The notes under the pieces were generated by a model that saw only the letters and a program-made list of their open reading frames with translations, had not been told where the DNA came from and did not search any database. A DNA stretch of 64,000 nucleotides from an uncultured Candidatus Saccharibacteria bacterium (lineage in GTDB: Bacteria; Patescibacteriota; Saccharimonadia; Saccharimonadales; 2-12-FULL-41-12), in contig CAZTQB010000005.1 of the NCBI GenBank assembly GCA_964615775.1, positions 1,950 to 65,949 of the forward strand, in the 5' to 3' direction. Positions 1 to 10,241 of this stretch are shown here, piece by piece. Position numbers and translations under genes: made by a program. Within the stretch, counting starts at the first letter, position 1. Every line of letters begins with the position of its first letter.

Positions 1-466
1 TATAAATAACATTTTTTGATTTATCTAGGCCAATAATTGGCACAGATAGATTGTCTAGTACTGACTGGAGGTTAGACGTCAAAGTGCTGTTTTCATTGGA
101 AATATTACCGATATTAGCAGTTAAATCATTAATCTGTCTAGTGAGGTTACTTACTAGCTCCCTGCCGAACCATAATCTATTAGCATCAGGAATATTCACT
201 AAGTGCTGACTAGAAGAGAGGTGGAAAATAGACTGGGCCAAAAATTCAGTTGGCCTAATAAGAGTGCTGCTTAATATTAAAGTAAAAATTGTACCGACTA
301 TTAGTATGGCAAAAAATACAGCTATCAATATAAAATTTGGCTGTAAATCGGTGTAGTAAAACAACCCGTAAGCTATCAATAATACAGTTAATAAGCTTAA
401 GCAAATACCAGTAAATAAGATAATTACAAAATTTTTCTTAAATTTGTCTAGGTAACCACCACTCAT
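1..466 (-). CDS. Sensor-kinase-like membrane protein, N-terminal fragment (continues beyond window start)
   Basis: Minus-strand frame is open from ATG at 466-464 to the window edge (hand-translated MSGGYLDKFKKNFVIILFTG...). It has two hydrophobic TM segments, a linker, then 'LDNLSVPIIGLDKSKNVIY', which resembles the start of a PAS sensor domain. It is absent from the ORF track because no stop lies in the window. Confidence 0.5.
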   Translation of the reverse strand, partial: MSGGYLDKFKKNFVIILFTGICLSLLTVLLIAYGLFYYTDLQPNFILIAVFFAILIVGTIFTLILSSTLIRPTEFLAQSIFHLSSSQHLVNIPDANRLWFGRELVSNLTRQINDLTANIGNISNENSTLTSNLQSVLDNLSVPIIGLDKSKNVIY

Positions 467-469
467 AGT

Positions 470-1777
470 CTAAGGGGTAGCGGCTAGCTCACCGGGCGAT
501 CTAAGCAAAGTTATCCATGTTTGGCCAGCATCAAGAGCGATAGGTTTACCCGTAGCATCTTTAAAGGTAATTTGCTCTTTGTCGGCTGTTTTGGTCCAAG
601 TGCCTTTAGTCATTTGTCCATCTTGAAAAATAGTTGCTTCTCCTGAGCCAATAATAGCGTAGACCGAATAAATATCGTTTTGTGACCATGGTGCGACCAT
701 CGCTACTACCACTTTGGGCGAGATTTGCTCGCCAGAACGATAATCTGTGTGTGGCTTGCCGGCCAATGAGCGTTTGTATGTATTAGTGGCGGCATCGTAA
801 GCATAAGAGGTGTTATATAGTTGCCCAGAAATATTCATTGTAATGTTGGATATGGTTGGTGGCTGATTCTTTACCTCTTCTTTACGCAGAAAACCTTTAG
901 CATTAGATGACGTATAGCCGCGTCCTTGTGCTGCCTTGTCCAGATCAACAGTGCTACTGTATAGGTTGTGCGGTGCATATCGATCTGAAACTCGCCTAAA
1001 AGCTGCTCCATTGGCTCCATGATCGAGGTCTTTTAGGCCAAGTTCACTTAATTTATTCAAACCGTCGCCACTACCGCCAGCATGAACGAAAATCGGGTCA
1101 AATGGGGCTACAAGTTGAGCATAATATGGCCTCACGGAGCGGATTGGTCCAATATAATCTGGCTGAGCTTCCTGAAAAGATGCATTAAAACGAGTGATTC
1201 CGCCTTCAGCGATTGCCTCAAATACTACGCCGGCTTGCAACAAACCTGACTGAGGCCGAGCATCGGGGCTGTTTTCTATCTGTATAGAGGTTATTGGTCG
1301 TTTGTTAGAGCCAATCGGTACCTGAATGCCGGTTAGCGTAGAGGCTTCGGTAGTTGGCTTTGGTGGTTCAACTTTTTTCTCGGCTACTGGTTGCTTAACT
1401 TCGGCTGGTTTATCTTTTTTGAGAAATAGTGCATAAGCACCATACGAAATTGCTGCCAAAAGTAGGACTATTACAGCGATAACAATAATTTTTTGCTTCT
1501 TACTGAGAGCATTAAACTTTCTGCCTAGTAACTTAAAAGGATTCTTAGAGGTTTTTTGGGTCTCAGGTGGCCTAAAATCCATTTTTTTAGGCTGGTCGCT
1601 CGTAAAATCACTAGGGTTATTATCGTTATCAATATTAATCGGTTTATCAATGCTTGTATCTTCGGAAACTTGGTCATCTAAGGATTTATTGGGGTCAAAG
1701 ACACCTGGTTCGTCACTAATTTGGTCGAATTTTTTAAAATTTCTATCAGAGTTGTTTGGTTTTATATCATTGTTCAT
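470..1777 (-). CDS. DUF3048 (YerB-like) domain protein, membrane anchored
   Basis: N-terminal TM (IIVIAVIVLLLAAISYGAYALF) followed by 'IENSPDARPQSGLLQAGVVFEAIAEGGITRF', 'IRSVRPYYAQLV' and 'FVHAGGSGDG', the conserved DUF3048 core. Confidence 0.6.
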   Translation of the reverse strand: MNNDIKPNNSDRNFKKFDQISDEPGVFDPNKSLDDQVSEDTSIDKPINIDNDNNPSDFTSDQPKKMDFRPPETQKTSKNPFKLLGRKFNALSKKQKIIVIAVIVLLLAAISYGAYALFLKKDKPAEVKQPVAEKKVEPPKPTTEASTLTGIQVPIGSNKRPITSIQIENSPDARPQSGLLQAGVVFEAIAEGGITRFNASFQEAQPDYIGPIRSVRPYYAQLVAPFDPIFVHAGGSGDGLNKLSELGLKDLDHGANGAAFRRVSDRYAPHNLYSSTVDLDKAAQGRGYTSSNAKGFLRKEEVKNQPPTISNITMNISGQLYNTSYAYDAATNTYKRSLAGKPHTDYRSGEQISPKVVVAMVAPWSQNDIYSVYAIIGSGEATIFQDGQMTKGTWTKTADKEQITFKDATGKPIALDAGQTWITLLRSPGELAATP

Positions 1778-1823
1778 GCTTAAGGCTATTCTATCAAAAA
1801 CTCGACGAATATATCAAGAAATA

Positions 1824-3296
1824 TTAAGCTAGACTCTTTATATGACTTTGAATACGAGCTAGACTTAGTGGTTTGGCTAGTAGTTCTAATGTGTCTGCTA
1901 AGCCGGGGCTAGCTGGACTTTCTGTAGTGGCAATACGAATAAGACTAAAAAGCTCAGCTGGTTTTTTGCCGGTTACTTCTAGTAAATTATTGAGTGCATT
2001 TTGAATATTATCAAATGACCAGTCATCAATTTTATTAAATTGGTCATATGAAGTTTGTAGCAAGTTAGCTATTTCTGCACTAGATAGTTTTTTGAGCTGT
2101 TTGTGATTGCTTATCAGATCATGATTGACGGGTAGATCTTCAAAGAAAAAACGGCTCAGTCCATCAAGCTCGTCAAAAGTTTTAAGTCGCTGCTGAGTTA
2201 ATTTTAAGACTTTGAGTCGGTAGTTTTTGTCAAATTGATTATTGTAAGCTGATTTCGGCCAAAAATGTGAATTTATAGGATTGTCATTGAACGGCGAAAC
2301 AATCCTATATAATTTCTCTAAGTCCATGTCTCGGATATGCAAACCCTGTAGCCAAATTAAACGTTTTTCATCAAATCTGGCTCCTGATTTTTGAATTCTA
2401 TCAAGACTGAATTCTTGTATAAGTTCTTTTAATGAGAACATCTCTTTAGTTGTTCCGTCGTTCCAGCCCAAGCTGGCTAAGAAATTTATAAATGCCTCTG
2501 GCAAATAACCTTCCTCTCGGTACTGTAGTATGTCTTTGGCTCCGTCGCGTTTCGATAATTTCTTGTTGCCGTTTTCGTTCATAATTGGTGGCACCGAGGC
2601 GATAATTGGTGGTGAAATTTCTAAAGCCTCGTATAGATTTAGGTAGTTTGGCGTACTGGCCAAAAATTCTTGGCCACGAATAATATGTGTAATTTTCATC
2701 TCAAAATCATCGACAATATGTGCGAAATTGTAAGTTGGAAAACCATCTGACTTGATCAAAATAAAATCATCAATTGCTTCTTCGCCAGCTTTCATGTCTC
2801 CCATAACTTCGTCGTGCCATTGGTAAGCTTGCGGCCGAGACAAAAATCTAATCGGTTGGTTTTTGGCAAAAACTGTATTTAGGTTATTGGGCCGATGATT
2901 ACGGTATAAAAAAGGTTGTTTGGTAACTGTAGCTTGCTCACGGAAACCTTGGATTTCTGTTTGAGAGTAGGGGTCGATATATGCTCTGCCATTTTCCAGT
3001 AGTTTTAAGGCATACTGTCGATAAATCTCTAGCCTTTCGGACTGAAAGTAATTGTTTTTTTGAGCTTTAGGTAATGGTCCTTCATCATAATCTAGTCCAA
3101 GCCAATCTAGACTGTCGATAATATGCTTAACACTACCTTCAACCTCTCGGCTTTGGTCGGTATCTTCTATCCTTAGAATAAACTGGCCGGCTTTTTGTCG
3201 GGCTAGCAGCCATGCAAAAAGTGCTGTTCGCACGCCACCAACATGCATGTAACCCGTTGGACTAGGAGCAAAACGCGTCCGAATGTTATTGTTCAT
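1824..3296 (-). CDS. gltX: Glutamate--tRNA ligase
   Basis: Class I aaRS HIGH-type motif 'PSPTGYMHVGG' and KMSKS-type 'KLSKRDG'. Length (490 aa) and overall pattern fit bacterial GluRS. Confidence 0.93.
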   Translation of the reverse strand: MNNNIRTRFAPSPTGYMHVGGVRTALFAWLLARQKAGQFILRIEDTDQSREVEGSVKHIIDSLDWLGLDYDEGPLPKAQKNNYFQSERLEIYRQYALKLLENGRAYIDPYSQTEIQGFREQATVTKQPFLYRNHRPNNLNTVFAKNQPIRFLSRPQAYQWHDEVMGDMKAGEEAIDDFILIKSDGFPTYNFAHIVDDFEMKITHIIRGQEFLASTPNYLNLYEALEISPPIIASVPPIMNENGNKKLSKRDGAKDILQYREEGYLPEAFINFLASLGWNDGTTKEMFSLKELIQEFSLDRIQKSGARFDEKRLIWLQGLHIRDMDLEKLYRIVSPFNDNPINSHFWPKSAYNNQFDKNYRLKVLKLTQQRLKTFDELDGLSRFFFEDLPVNHDLISNHKQLKKLSSAEIANLLQTSYDQFNKIDDWSFDNIQNALNNLLEVTGKKPAELFSLIRIATTESPASPGLADTLELLAKPLSLARIQSHIKSLA

Positions 3297-3337
3297 CTAA
3301 TTTATAATAACAGATTGAGTCTTGAGACCACTAATAT

Positions 3338-4429
3338 TTATAAGCTGTTGGCTAGTCTGATAATTTGGTCACTAGATAGCTGAGTATTTCCGCCAATTTT
3401 GTAGATTATGCCACTGTTTACCCAGGTTGCATTGGAGTTATCGTAGATGTAGATAGTTTTGCCGTTGGCTTGGTAAGTTTGGTAGCAGCTGGCACATTGT
3501 TCTTTGAGAACTTGATCTGATAGTAAAGTAGAACTATTCCAGTTACTGGCAGTTTGAGTAAGTTGAAATTCATTGCCGCTACTATTGGACTTAAAGGCGA
3601 TATTGACACTACCTGGACTAGATTGAATGTTGCCAACCGAATAGCCCGCTGGTCGATAACCAGGTAGATTGGCCGAGATGCCTGACTTAGAAGCGGCCAT
3701 CTTCATTGATATAATTGCTGAGTTTTGGTAAACAAAAAAGCCTATTAGTAGAGCAAAAGCAAAGCTCATAGCTGCAATATTGGCAAAACGATTTTTTAAC
3801 CCAATTCTATTTAGTATAGGCATTTTCTTAATAACCGAATCTTCAAGTTGCTGCAGGTGTGAGTTTGCATTAAGTAGAGCATTTTCTATTTGCTCTAGTT
3901 CACTATTCACAAAATTGTTAGTCTGCTGAATAATGTTTTGAGGTGTATTACTTGGCCTTACTACTTCTAATGGTTGGTGTTTCTTGACAACTGCATGACG
4001 TGGCCTCATGTGTGCAAACCTACTAATATTTGGACTCTTTATTGACGCTTCTGCTCTTTTCTGGCGACTAATCGAATTGCCTATACCGATTACTTTTGTT
4101 GTCTTTTTTATTTCTGCGATATTATTTTTTATAGTCGGCTTTTTTAGAGACGGTCGCATGAGTGTATTAGATTTTGCTAGCTTTCTTTTAGTTTGATTAA
4201 CATTGGCAGGTTGGCGTACTTTTCTTGATTGTAAGCTAGATGCAAAGTGTTTGGGCTGATCTTTAGATTGTCTAATAAAATTATCCAAAACTTGCTGGCT
4301 TTCATGGGGTGTATTTGGTTTTACGGGTTGCGAGCTGATGTTATCGAAGTTTTTTTGAGATAAAACTTGTCCTGTCCGAGCGTCGTACCTAACACCGTTA
4401 AGTTCGATTGTTGTTTGTGAGTTTGCCAA
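3338..4429 (-). CDS. Hypothetical single-pass membrane protein
   Basis: Basic, Ser/Gln-rich N-terminal half, one TM (IAAMSFAFALLIGFFVY) and an extracytoplasmic C-terminal domain ending 'IYKIGGNTQLSSDQIIRLANSL', reminiscent of DUF4367-type C-termini. Function unknown. Confidence 0.5.
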   Translation of the reverse strand: MANSQTTIELNGVRYDARTGQVLSQKNFDNISSQPVKPNTPHESQQVLDNFIRQSKDQPKHFASSLQSRKVRQPANVNQTKRKLAKSNTLMRPSLKKPTIKNNIAEIKKTTKVIGIGNSISRQKRAEASIKSPNISRFAHMRPRHAVVKKHQPLEVVRPSNTPQNIIQQTNNFVNSELEQIENALLNANSHLQQLEDSVIKKMPILNRIGLKNRFANIAAMSFAFALLIGFFVYQNSAIISMKMAASKSGISANLPGYRPAGYSVGNIQSSPGSVNIAFKSNSSGNEFQLTQTASNWNSSTLLSDQVLKEQCASCYQTYQANGKTIYIYDNSNATWVNSGIIYKIGGNTQLSSDQIIRLANSL

Positions 4430-4573
4430 GAATCTATCCTTTTAATTTTTCGGTTTTAATACTAATGCTTATATATTAACTCTATCAATGAATTTTTTCA
4501 AAATATTTTATGAAAGTCAAAAAATTAAGGCTATATTTTATTGTAAAAAAGGCCAGTATAGTAATATTAAGAT

Positions 4574-6091
4574 ATGGATTTTCTAGACCCTGATTTCAAA
4601 AGACGCCGTAATCAAAGGCTGATGCTTGGTTATGTGTTGACAGCAACAATGATTTTTTTGATTGCTGGTATCTTGGTTTATGCCGCCTATGGCTTTAATC
4701 TGGATAGAAAAACTGGTGAGGTTGTTCACAATGGCTTGTTGTATGTAGATTCTGCCCCAGATAAGGCAAAAGTTGAACTTAAAGGAGTTGGATCGGACAT
4801 TAAACTTGATGCCCAAACGAACACTAAAGTTACTGTACCTGATGGTGAATATAATATTAAAATTTCTAAGAACGGTTACCGTGACTGGAATCGAAAGATG
4901 GATATATTAGGTGGAACAGTTTATAGAGTGACCTATCCTCTGCTTATTATGAGTGACTTAAAACAAAATAAGATAGCAGATTTTGGGGTAACAAAACCAG
5001 CATTTACCACAAGTAGTCCGGACAGACGTTGGATTGTGAAGGCTGACAATACCCTGCCTCTTGTAATAAATGTGTTTGACCTTAAATCAGTTGATAAAAG
5101 CCAAAAAGTACCAAAAAACACACAGCTGACTTTGCCAAACATCATAAAACCGGCTGATGGCACAGAAGTATTTGAAGTTGTGGAGTGGTCGACTGACAAT
5201 AAGAATTTTTTAGTCAAACATAACTATGGTAGTGGTGTCGAGTTTCTGGTTATTAACCGCGAGCAACCGCTTGAATCTGTAAATCTAAATGATCTTTCTG
5301 GCCTCAAGCCTACCAATGTTAGCTTAGATGACAAAGATGCTGAAAAGTGGTATTTTTACTCTGATAAAGACCTGACACTAACCCAGGTTAATAATAAAAA
5401 AGAGACATCCTTAATCAAAGAACGAGTCACGACCTATACATCTCATGGTAGCAACACACTAGTTTATGCTCAGAAAATTTCAGATACTGAGCAGAAGGTC
5501 TATCTACGTAAAGATAACCAAGAAAGGCTAATCGGTTCATACAAACCAGGGCGAATTGGGCTAAAAATAACAGAATTTGATGGTGATTGGTTTTTGGCAG
5601 TCTCTAGCGGTGGAGACGGCAAGACCTACATATACAAAAACCCACAAAAAGTAATCCGATCGGTAGCTAATTCTACAGGAGTAAACCCGATTAATGCAAT
5701 TGGTTTTGCTGATAGCTTGGCCAACCCAACTTTCTCGGCTAATAGCCGGTTTATTCTGGTCAATAATGACAAAAAATTTGGAGTTTTTGATGCTGAAAAA
5801 GTCGAAATCTACACCTATAATATAGATGATACGATTAATCTTCAGAACTTTAAGCCTAAATGGATGGACGGACATCGAATTATGTATTTAACAAGTCATA
5901 ATATGATAAAAATAGTTGATTTTGATAACAATAACAAACAAACTTTAGTCAAAAGTGATGATGTTGATCATGTTTTTTTTGACCGTGATTACACGGTTAT
6001 GTATACAGTGCTAAGCAGTCCAGCTACAGAATCATCATTAGCTAGCAATATCTTAAACTACACTGACCTGCGATTAGATAACGATAAGTAA
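4574..6091 (+). CDS. PEGA domain-containing membrane-anchored protein
   Basis: N-terminal TM (LMLGYVLTATMIFLIAGILVYAAY), a PEGA-like segment 'KVTVPDGEYNIKISKNGYRDWNRKMDILGG', then a long beta-rich extracytoplasmic region. Confidence 0.6.
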   Translation: MDFLDPDFKRRRNQRLMLGYVLTATMIFLIAGILVYAAYGFNLDRKTGEVVHNGLLYVDSAPDKAKVELKGVGSDIKLDAQTNTKVTVPDGEYNIKISKNGYRDWNRKMDILGGTVYRVTYPLLIMSDLKQNKIADFGVTKPAFTTSSPDRRWIVKADNTLPLVINVFDLKSVDKSQKVPKNTQLTLPNIIKPADGTEVFEVVEWSTDNKNFLVKHNYGSGVEFLVINREQPLESVNLNDLSGLKPTNVSLDDKDAEKWYFYSDKDLTLTQVNNKKETSLIKERVTTYTSHGSNTLVYAQKISDTEQKVYLRKDNQERLIGSYKPGRIGLKITEFDGDWFLAVSSGGDGKTYIYKNPQKVIRSVANSTGVNPINAIGFADSLANPTFSANSRFILVNNDKKFGVFDAEKVEIYTYNIDDTINLQNFKPKWMDGHRIMYLTSHNMIKIVDFDNNNKQTLVKSDDVDHVFFDRDYTVMYTVLSSPATESSLASNILNYTDLRLDNDK

Positions 6092-6138
6092 CCTAGTACT
6101 GCTTAGTTAGTTTAATTTTTAGCTAGGCAGATTGTAGC

Positions 6139-7383
6139 CTAGTTAAACAATCTTTGCCATAATGACGGTGAGTTACTAGGTAGCTTATCCGATTTTACAA
6201 AACTTGTATCAGATAATGAACTTTTTATATTGGTTTTTGGATCTGGAAAGATTTGTTCAGCATTAACTATGAGTCTATGTGTGGATGTGCCGGGTGGGTC
6301 GCAGGTGATCAAAGTTAGGATTGAGCTTCGTTGAGGGTCGGGTTTAAGTACGGAAAAGTCAGTTGGGTCAGTAACATGCTTGTCGTACACTTTATATACA
6401 TAACGTTTGCCATCTTTTTGAACAATTATATTGTCATCTTTTTCTAGACTTTTCAGCAGTATAAAGGCAAACTTGTATTTTCCCTTGTTTAGAATGTTGC
6501 CACTAGAGTGTCCGAAAATTACAGTATTGCCAGTTTCGCCGGGATTGGGAGTGGTGATATAGTGTACGACTCCTTTTTCTAGCCCTACCTGGACATCTTT
6601 TTCTTCGATGCTAGGCACATCATAGATTACCGGTACCTCTAAGTTTATCTTCGGGATAATTATTTTTGGCTCAGGACCAACTGGTCCACTGGAATTAGGG
6701 TCGATGATGATAGGTGTAGCACTAACGGTTCCACTGGGGCGGATAAATGGTACAATAAAACGCTCATTAAAGAAGCTGAGTAGTAATATAAAAACCACTA
6801 CAAAACCCATACTTAATCCAAATGCTAACGATTTTACATGGTGGTTTTGTTTGATTTTTGCTAATTTTCCAGGGCGATTTCTAGGGTTAGGTAAGGTTTT
6901 TTGTTCGAAAACTCGTTTGCTGCCTTTTCGGCGTGGAGTATGAGGGCGGTTTGGGTTTGTTATGTGAGTCTCGGATTGATTTTGTTGAGTGTTGTGAGAA
7001 GCATGAATAGCCGGTTTTTCGTCTAATTCATTAGCTTTTTCGGGGTGATGATGTTGCTTTTTGTGAGCTTGTTCGGCATAGAATTCTTGCCAAACTTCTC
7101 TCTTCTCTTCGTCATTTAATTTTTGGTAATATTCATGCCAAGCGGTCTGAATTTCGGCAGTGTCTTTACCGGAGTCATTAAGTCGTTTCATGTACCTTTG
7201 GTGTTTAGACAGTGGCTCCTTATAGGCGGTCATTTCCTTTACTTCATTGGCTTGTTTTTTAGCATTTGGCTCGTGGCTATAAATTGCATCTAATTTATGC
7301 CTAATAAGATTTACAGCTTCGTCATGAGTCTGCTTTTCGCTAGATTTTCGTAACTCGGGTGGAATTAGTTCGTCTGGGTTCAT
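6139..7383 (-). CDS. Sortase family transpeptidase with long N-terminal cytoplasmic extension
   Basis: TM anchor (LAFGLSMGFVVVFILLLSFF) followed by catalytic signatures 'NTVIFGHSSG' (His) and 'LTLITCDPPGTSTHRLIV' (TLxTC Cys plus Arg). About 190 aa of His/Lys/Glu-rich sequence precede the TM. Confidence 0.8.
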   Translation of the reverse strand: MNPDELIPPELRKSSEKQTHDEAVNLIRHKLDAIYSHEPNAKKQANEVKEMTAYKEPLSKHQRYMKRLNDSGKDTAEIQTAWHEYYQKLNDEEKREVWQEFYAEQAHKKQHHHPEKANELDEKPAIHASHNTQQNQSETHITNPNRPHTPRRKGSKRVFEQKTLPNPRNRPGKLAKIKQNHHVKSLAFGLSMGFVVVFILLLSFFNERFIVPFIRPSGTVSATPIIIDPNSSGPVGPEPKIIIPKINLEVPVIYDVPSIEEKDVQVGLEKGVVHYITTPNPGETGNTVIFGHSSGNILNKGKYKFAFILLKSLEKDDNIIVQKDGKRYVYKVYDKHVTDPTDFSVLKPDPQRSSILTLITCDPPGTSTHRLIVNAEQIFPDPKTNIKSSLSDTSFVKSDKLPSNSPSLWQRLFN

Positions 7384-7519
7384 ATACTAAAGATATTATA
7401 GTATAATTCTATAGATAACGCCTAACGTTGTTATGTTTATTTATAGGTTAAGGGGGCGATAGATTTTGTCTATTATGACCTTTTATAAGAGTAGCTAATA
7501 ATATCTAGCGAGGTTTGTT

Positions 7520-7605
7520 GCCGCAGTGGCGGAATTGGTATACGCGCACGACTCAAAATCGTGTTCCCTAGCGGATTGAGGGTTCGAGTCTCTCCTGCGG
7601 CACCA
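7520..7605 (+). tRNA. tRNA-Leu (anticodon CAA)
   Basis: Hand-folded cloverleaf: acceptor GCCGCAG/CTGCGGC, anticodon stem CACGA/TCGTG with loop CTCAAAA, long variable arm, T-arm GAGGG-TTCGAGT-CTCTC, encoded CCA. Confidence 0.9.
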
Positions 7606-7655
7606 AACCATCTAGATACACCAATTCCTGTTTGAAATTCAGCCAGATTGTTAAA

Positions 7656-8417
7656 TTACTCGATTATTGATGTAGCTATTGCTTGCAGCTGCTTTTTGGG
7701 TTGCTGAATAGCCCAAACCATTCCCTTGCAAAAGTTGTATTTTTGTTGGTCACAAGCAATAACTTGGCTACCTTGAGCCAGCCAGATAGTTGAGTTAGTA
7801 TACAGAGCTAACGTGGTAGGAAAATTCATAGAGATTTTGCTTAACGATTCAGCGATTAACCAGTTAGGAGAGTCCGAGGTAATTGGCTTGTCAAAGCTCA
7901 GACTAATGCCAATTTGTTGTAATGTTTTTATGTCTATCTCTAAGATTGTATTATCTCGAGCAAGTAGACTTTGCCAACCCAGGCTCAAGCTTTCTAGGCT
8001 ACTAGAGTTTATTCCTAGTAAACCTCTGTATTTGCTCAAAAATTTGTCAAGTGTCAGGGAAGTTTCACTATTTTTGCCCATATTACCTGCAAGCATTATC
8101 CCATCTACGTTTTTAGCAAGATCTAACATTTCAGACAGCGATCTCTCGGCAAAACTACCGCTCCTATTGGCTGGTCCGTAATGTATAAAAGGAATATTTT
8201 TGGTTACTTTTTGCAAAGACTCTGGTACAAGTAAAAAACATGCTCCTACACCTGCTTGTTCGGCCATAGTGTAGCTTTGGGCGACATTAGCTAGGTTGTC
8301 GGCTGAGCCACCGACTATCAATAGCTTGCCGGCTCCATTTCTATTTTCTGGGCGTGACCATAAAATGTCCGGAAAAAGTGGCTCATTTTTCTGGGTCTGC
8401 CAGTTTTGCTGCATCAT
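7656..8417 (-). CDS. YjeF C-terminal-like carbohydrate kinase / putative NAD(P)H-hydrate dehydratase
   Basis: 'GKLLIVGGSADNLANVAQSYTMAEQAGVGACFLLVP' resembles the N-terminal signature of ADP-dependent NAD(P)HX dehydratases (LVIGGS..Y.GA...A..AA.R.GAG). The rest is divergent. Confidence 0.5.
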   Translation of the reverse strand: MMQQNWQTQKNEPLFPDILWSRPENRNGAGKLLIVGGSADNLANVAQSYTMAEQAGVGACFLLVPESLQKVTKNIPFIHYGPANRSGSFAERSLSEMLDLAKNVDGIMLAGNMGKNSETSLTLDKFLSKYRGLLGINSSSLESLSLGWQSLLARDNTILEIDIKTLQQIGISLSFDKPITSDSPNWLIAESLSKISMNFPTTLALYTNSTIWLAQGSQVIACDQQKYNFCKGMVWAIQQPKKQLQAIATSIIE

Positions 8418-8454
8418 AGTTTAATTATAGCGTTTTGTTGTATTCATCAGTGAA

Positions 8455-9348
8455 CTAACTCTTACGATAATAAGCCGAGTTAAATGCACATAGAGTATTA
8501 TAGAGCGTGCCATTACACATGCTTTGTGTGTAATTTTCCTGAGCTTTCTTATCGCTAGCACTAAATCCGCAAACACCCGCAACCCTAACGGCTGCCATTG
8601 GTTCTAATCCTGTTTTTTTTAATAACTCGTTATATCTCTCAAAATATTGAATCAGTCTTGAAGGGTCTATTTTTACCGAACCATTATAATCTTTTGAGTA
8701 TCCCATAGCTTGCTTAATGCCGCTGTATGAAACTTCTGCCCCAAACAGAATGGGCATATCTTCTTTAACGTGCCTTAAGGCGTTTAAAGTCTTTTCTATT
8801 TCTCTTGGTTCTTGAAGGGCTGCTGGAGGTACGATAACAATTCCTGGTCGTCTATTTCCGTGTATTTGCTCTATTTCACCTAAAAATTCCTCTACGAGAC
8901 TAGGAGTTGCAAGCTTGCCCAGCCTTAAGCAGTATGGGTTGAAGGCTGAGTAAAAAGCTAATCGACTATGGTCATTAAGCAAAAACTTACCTAGATTAGT
9001 CATTGCGACTTCTGATCCATTGAAGTGTCTTTCAGGAGTAAGTGAATGGTTGCGTTGACCGGTCAATAAATGTGATGTGTGGAATGGGGTATCTTTCGGT
9101 AAGTCTTCGGCAGTTGTATCAGTAGCTAGGCCAATAACAGGAATTCCTGGAGCTGATTCTCTGGCTATTTTTAAGGCATGTTCTATATCTGATTCTCTAC
9201 ACACATCGAGGATTTTTACTGGACCTCGGTGTGTACCTTCGTAAATACCTATGAGCAAGTGACTCATTGCTTCAATTCTTTCTTCGCTGGCGACATACGC
9301 ACGGCTTGAACAGAGTTCCGGGCTAGTTTCTTGGTTTGTCATAAACAT
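8455..9348 (-). CDS. Hypothetical protein
   Basis: 297-aa ORF with coding-like composition. No motif I recognise. Confidence 0.5.
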   Translation of the reverse strand: MFMTNQETSPELCSSRAYVASEERIEAMSHLLIGIYEGTHRGPVKILDVCRESDIEHALKIARESAPGIPVIGLATDTTAEDLPKDTPFHTSHLLTGQRNHSLTPERHFNGSEVAMTNLGKFLLNDHSRLAFYSAFNPYCLRLGKLATPSLVEEFLGEIEQIHGNRRPGIVIVPPAALQEPREIEKTLNALRHVKEDMPILFGAEVSYSGIKQAMGYSKDYNGSVKIDPSRLIQYFERYNELLKKTGLEPMAAVRVAGVCGFSASDKKAQENYTQSMCNGTLYNTLCAFNSAYYRKS

Positions 9349-9397
9349 ACATTATACCACAAATGTCAACATTATTGTGGCTGTAACAGAAGTGTTG

Positions 9398-10192
9398 TTA
9401 TTTTGTAATTTCAATACTAACCGGACAATGGTCAGATCCCATTTGTTCAGAGTGGATTTTGGCAGATTTTATCTGCGGTTTTAGCTGTTGGCTAACCAAA
9501 AAATAGTCTATCCGCCAACCTATATTTCTAGCCCTCGCATTTGCCCAATGTGTCCACCAACTATAATTGCCATTGCCATTGGTAAATAGTCGAAAGGTGT
9601 CGGTGAAGCCTTTTTGTAGTATTTTTTCAAAACCGGCTCGTTCTTCATCTGTAAAGCCGTGTTTACCGACATTTTCCTTAGGTCGGGCTAAGTCATCTTC
9701 GGTGTGGGCAACATTTAAATCGCCGCAAAAAATAACTGATTTAATAGCTTGAAGACTATCTACATATTCTAAAAATGCTTTGTCCCAAGCCTGTTCACGC
9801 AGTTTTAAACGAGACAAATCGCCCTTAGAATTTGGCGTATATACCGTTACCAAGAAAAAGTCTTCATACTCGGCTGCAATCACCCTGCCCTCTTGGTTGG
9901 TTTTGCCATATCTATCTTCTAAGAGATATTTGTTCGCTATTTCGTCAGGTATGTCATTGATTATAGAGATTGGCTTGATTTTGCTAAATATTGCTGTCCC
10001 GGCGTAACCCTTTTTAGTAGCTGAGTTCCAGTATTCCTCGTAGCCAGTCAACTCTACTGGCGAGTCGCCTTGGGTAGCTTTAGTTTCTTGTAGACATAAA
10101 ATATCAGGATTATGCTTTGAAATAAATTTTTGAAATTCGCCTTTGTTCCAGACTGCCCTAATACCGTTTACGTTCCATGAGTATATTTTCAT
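9398..10192 (-). CDS. xth: Exodeoxyribonuclease III (AP endonuclease)
   Basis: 'MKIYSWNVNGIRA', 'ILCLQETK', 'GDLNVAH' and 'SDHCPV' are hallmarks of ExoIII/APE1 EEP nucleases. Confidence 0.9.
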   Translation of the reverse strand: MKIYSWNVNGIRAVWNKGEFQKFISKHNPDILCLQETKATQGDSPVELTGYEEYWNSATKKGYAGTAIFSKIKPISIINDIPDEIANKYLLEDRYGKTNQEGRVIAAEYEDFFLVTVYTPNSKGDLSRLKLREQAWDKAFLEYVDSLQAIKSVIFCGDLNVAHTEDDLARPKENVGKHGFTDEERAGFEKILQKGFTDTFRLFTNGNGNYSWWTHWANARARNIGWRIDYFLVSQQLKPQIKSAKIHSEQMGSDHCPVSIEITK

Positions 10193-10241
10193 AATCTAAT
10201 TTTATTATATTTACTTCTTGCCTGCTATAATTAAATTTTAG

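Noticed and set aside
1650-10007. Multiple 60-125-aa ORFs antisense to or nested within larger genes (e.g. 1650-1832, 3418-3636, 4008-4196, 4583-4816, 4933-5217, 5561-5875, 6704-6943, 7813-8181, 9567-9752, 9780-10007)
   Set aside because: Each lies inside a longer ORF that has clear family motifs or better coding character. Their sequences are low-complexity or hydrophobic in the way antisense translation typically produces. The same reasoning applies to similar nested ORFs later in the window (17456-17962, 19622-20311, 28188-28433, 43087-43476, 61171-61524 and others).
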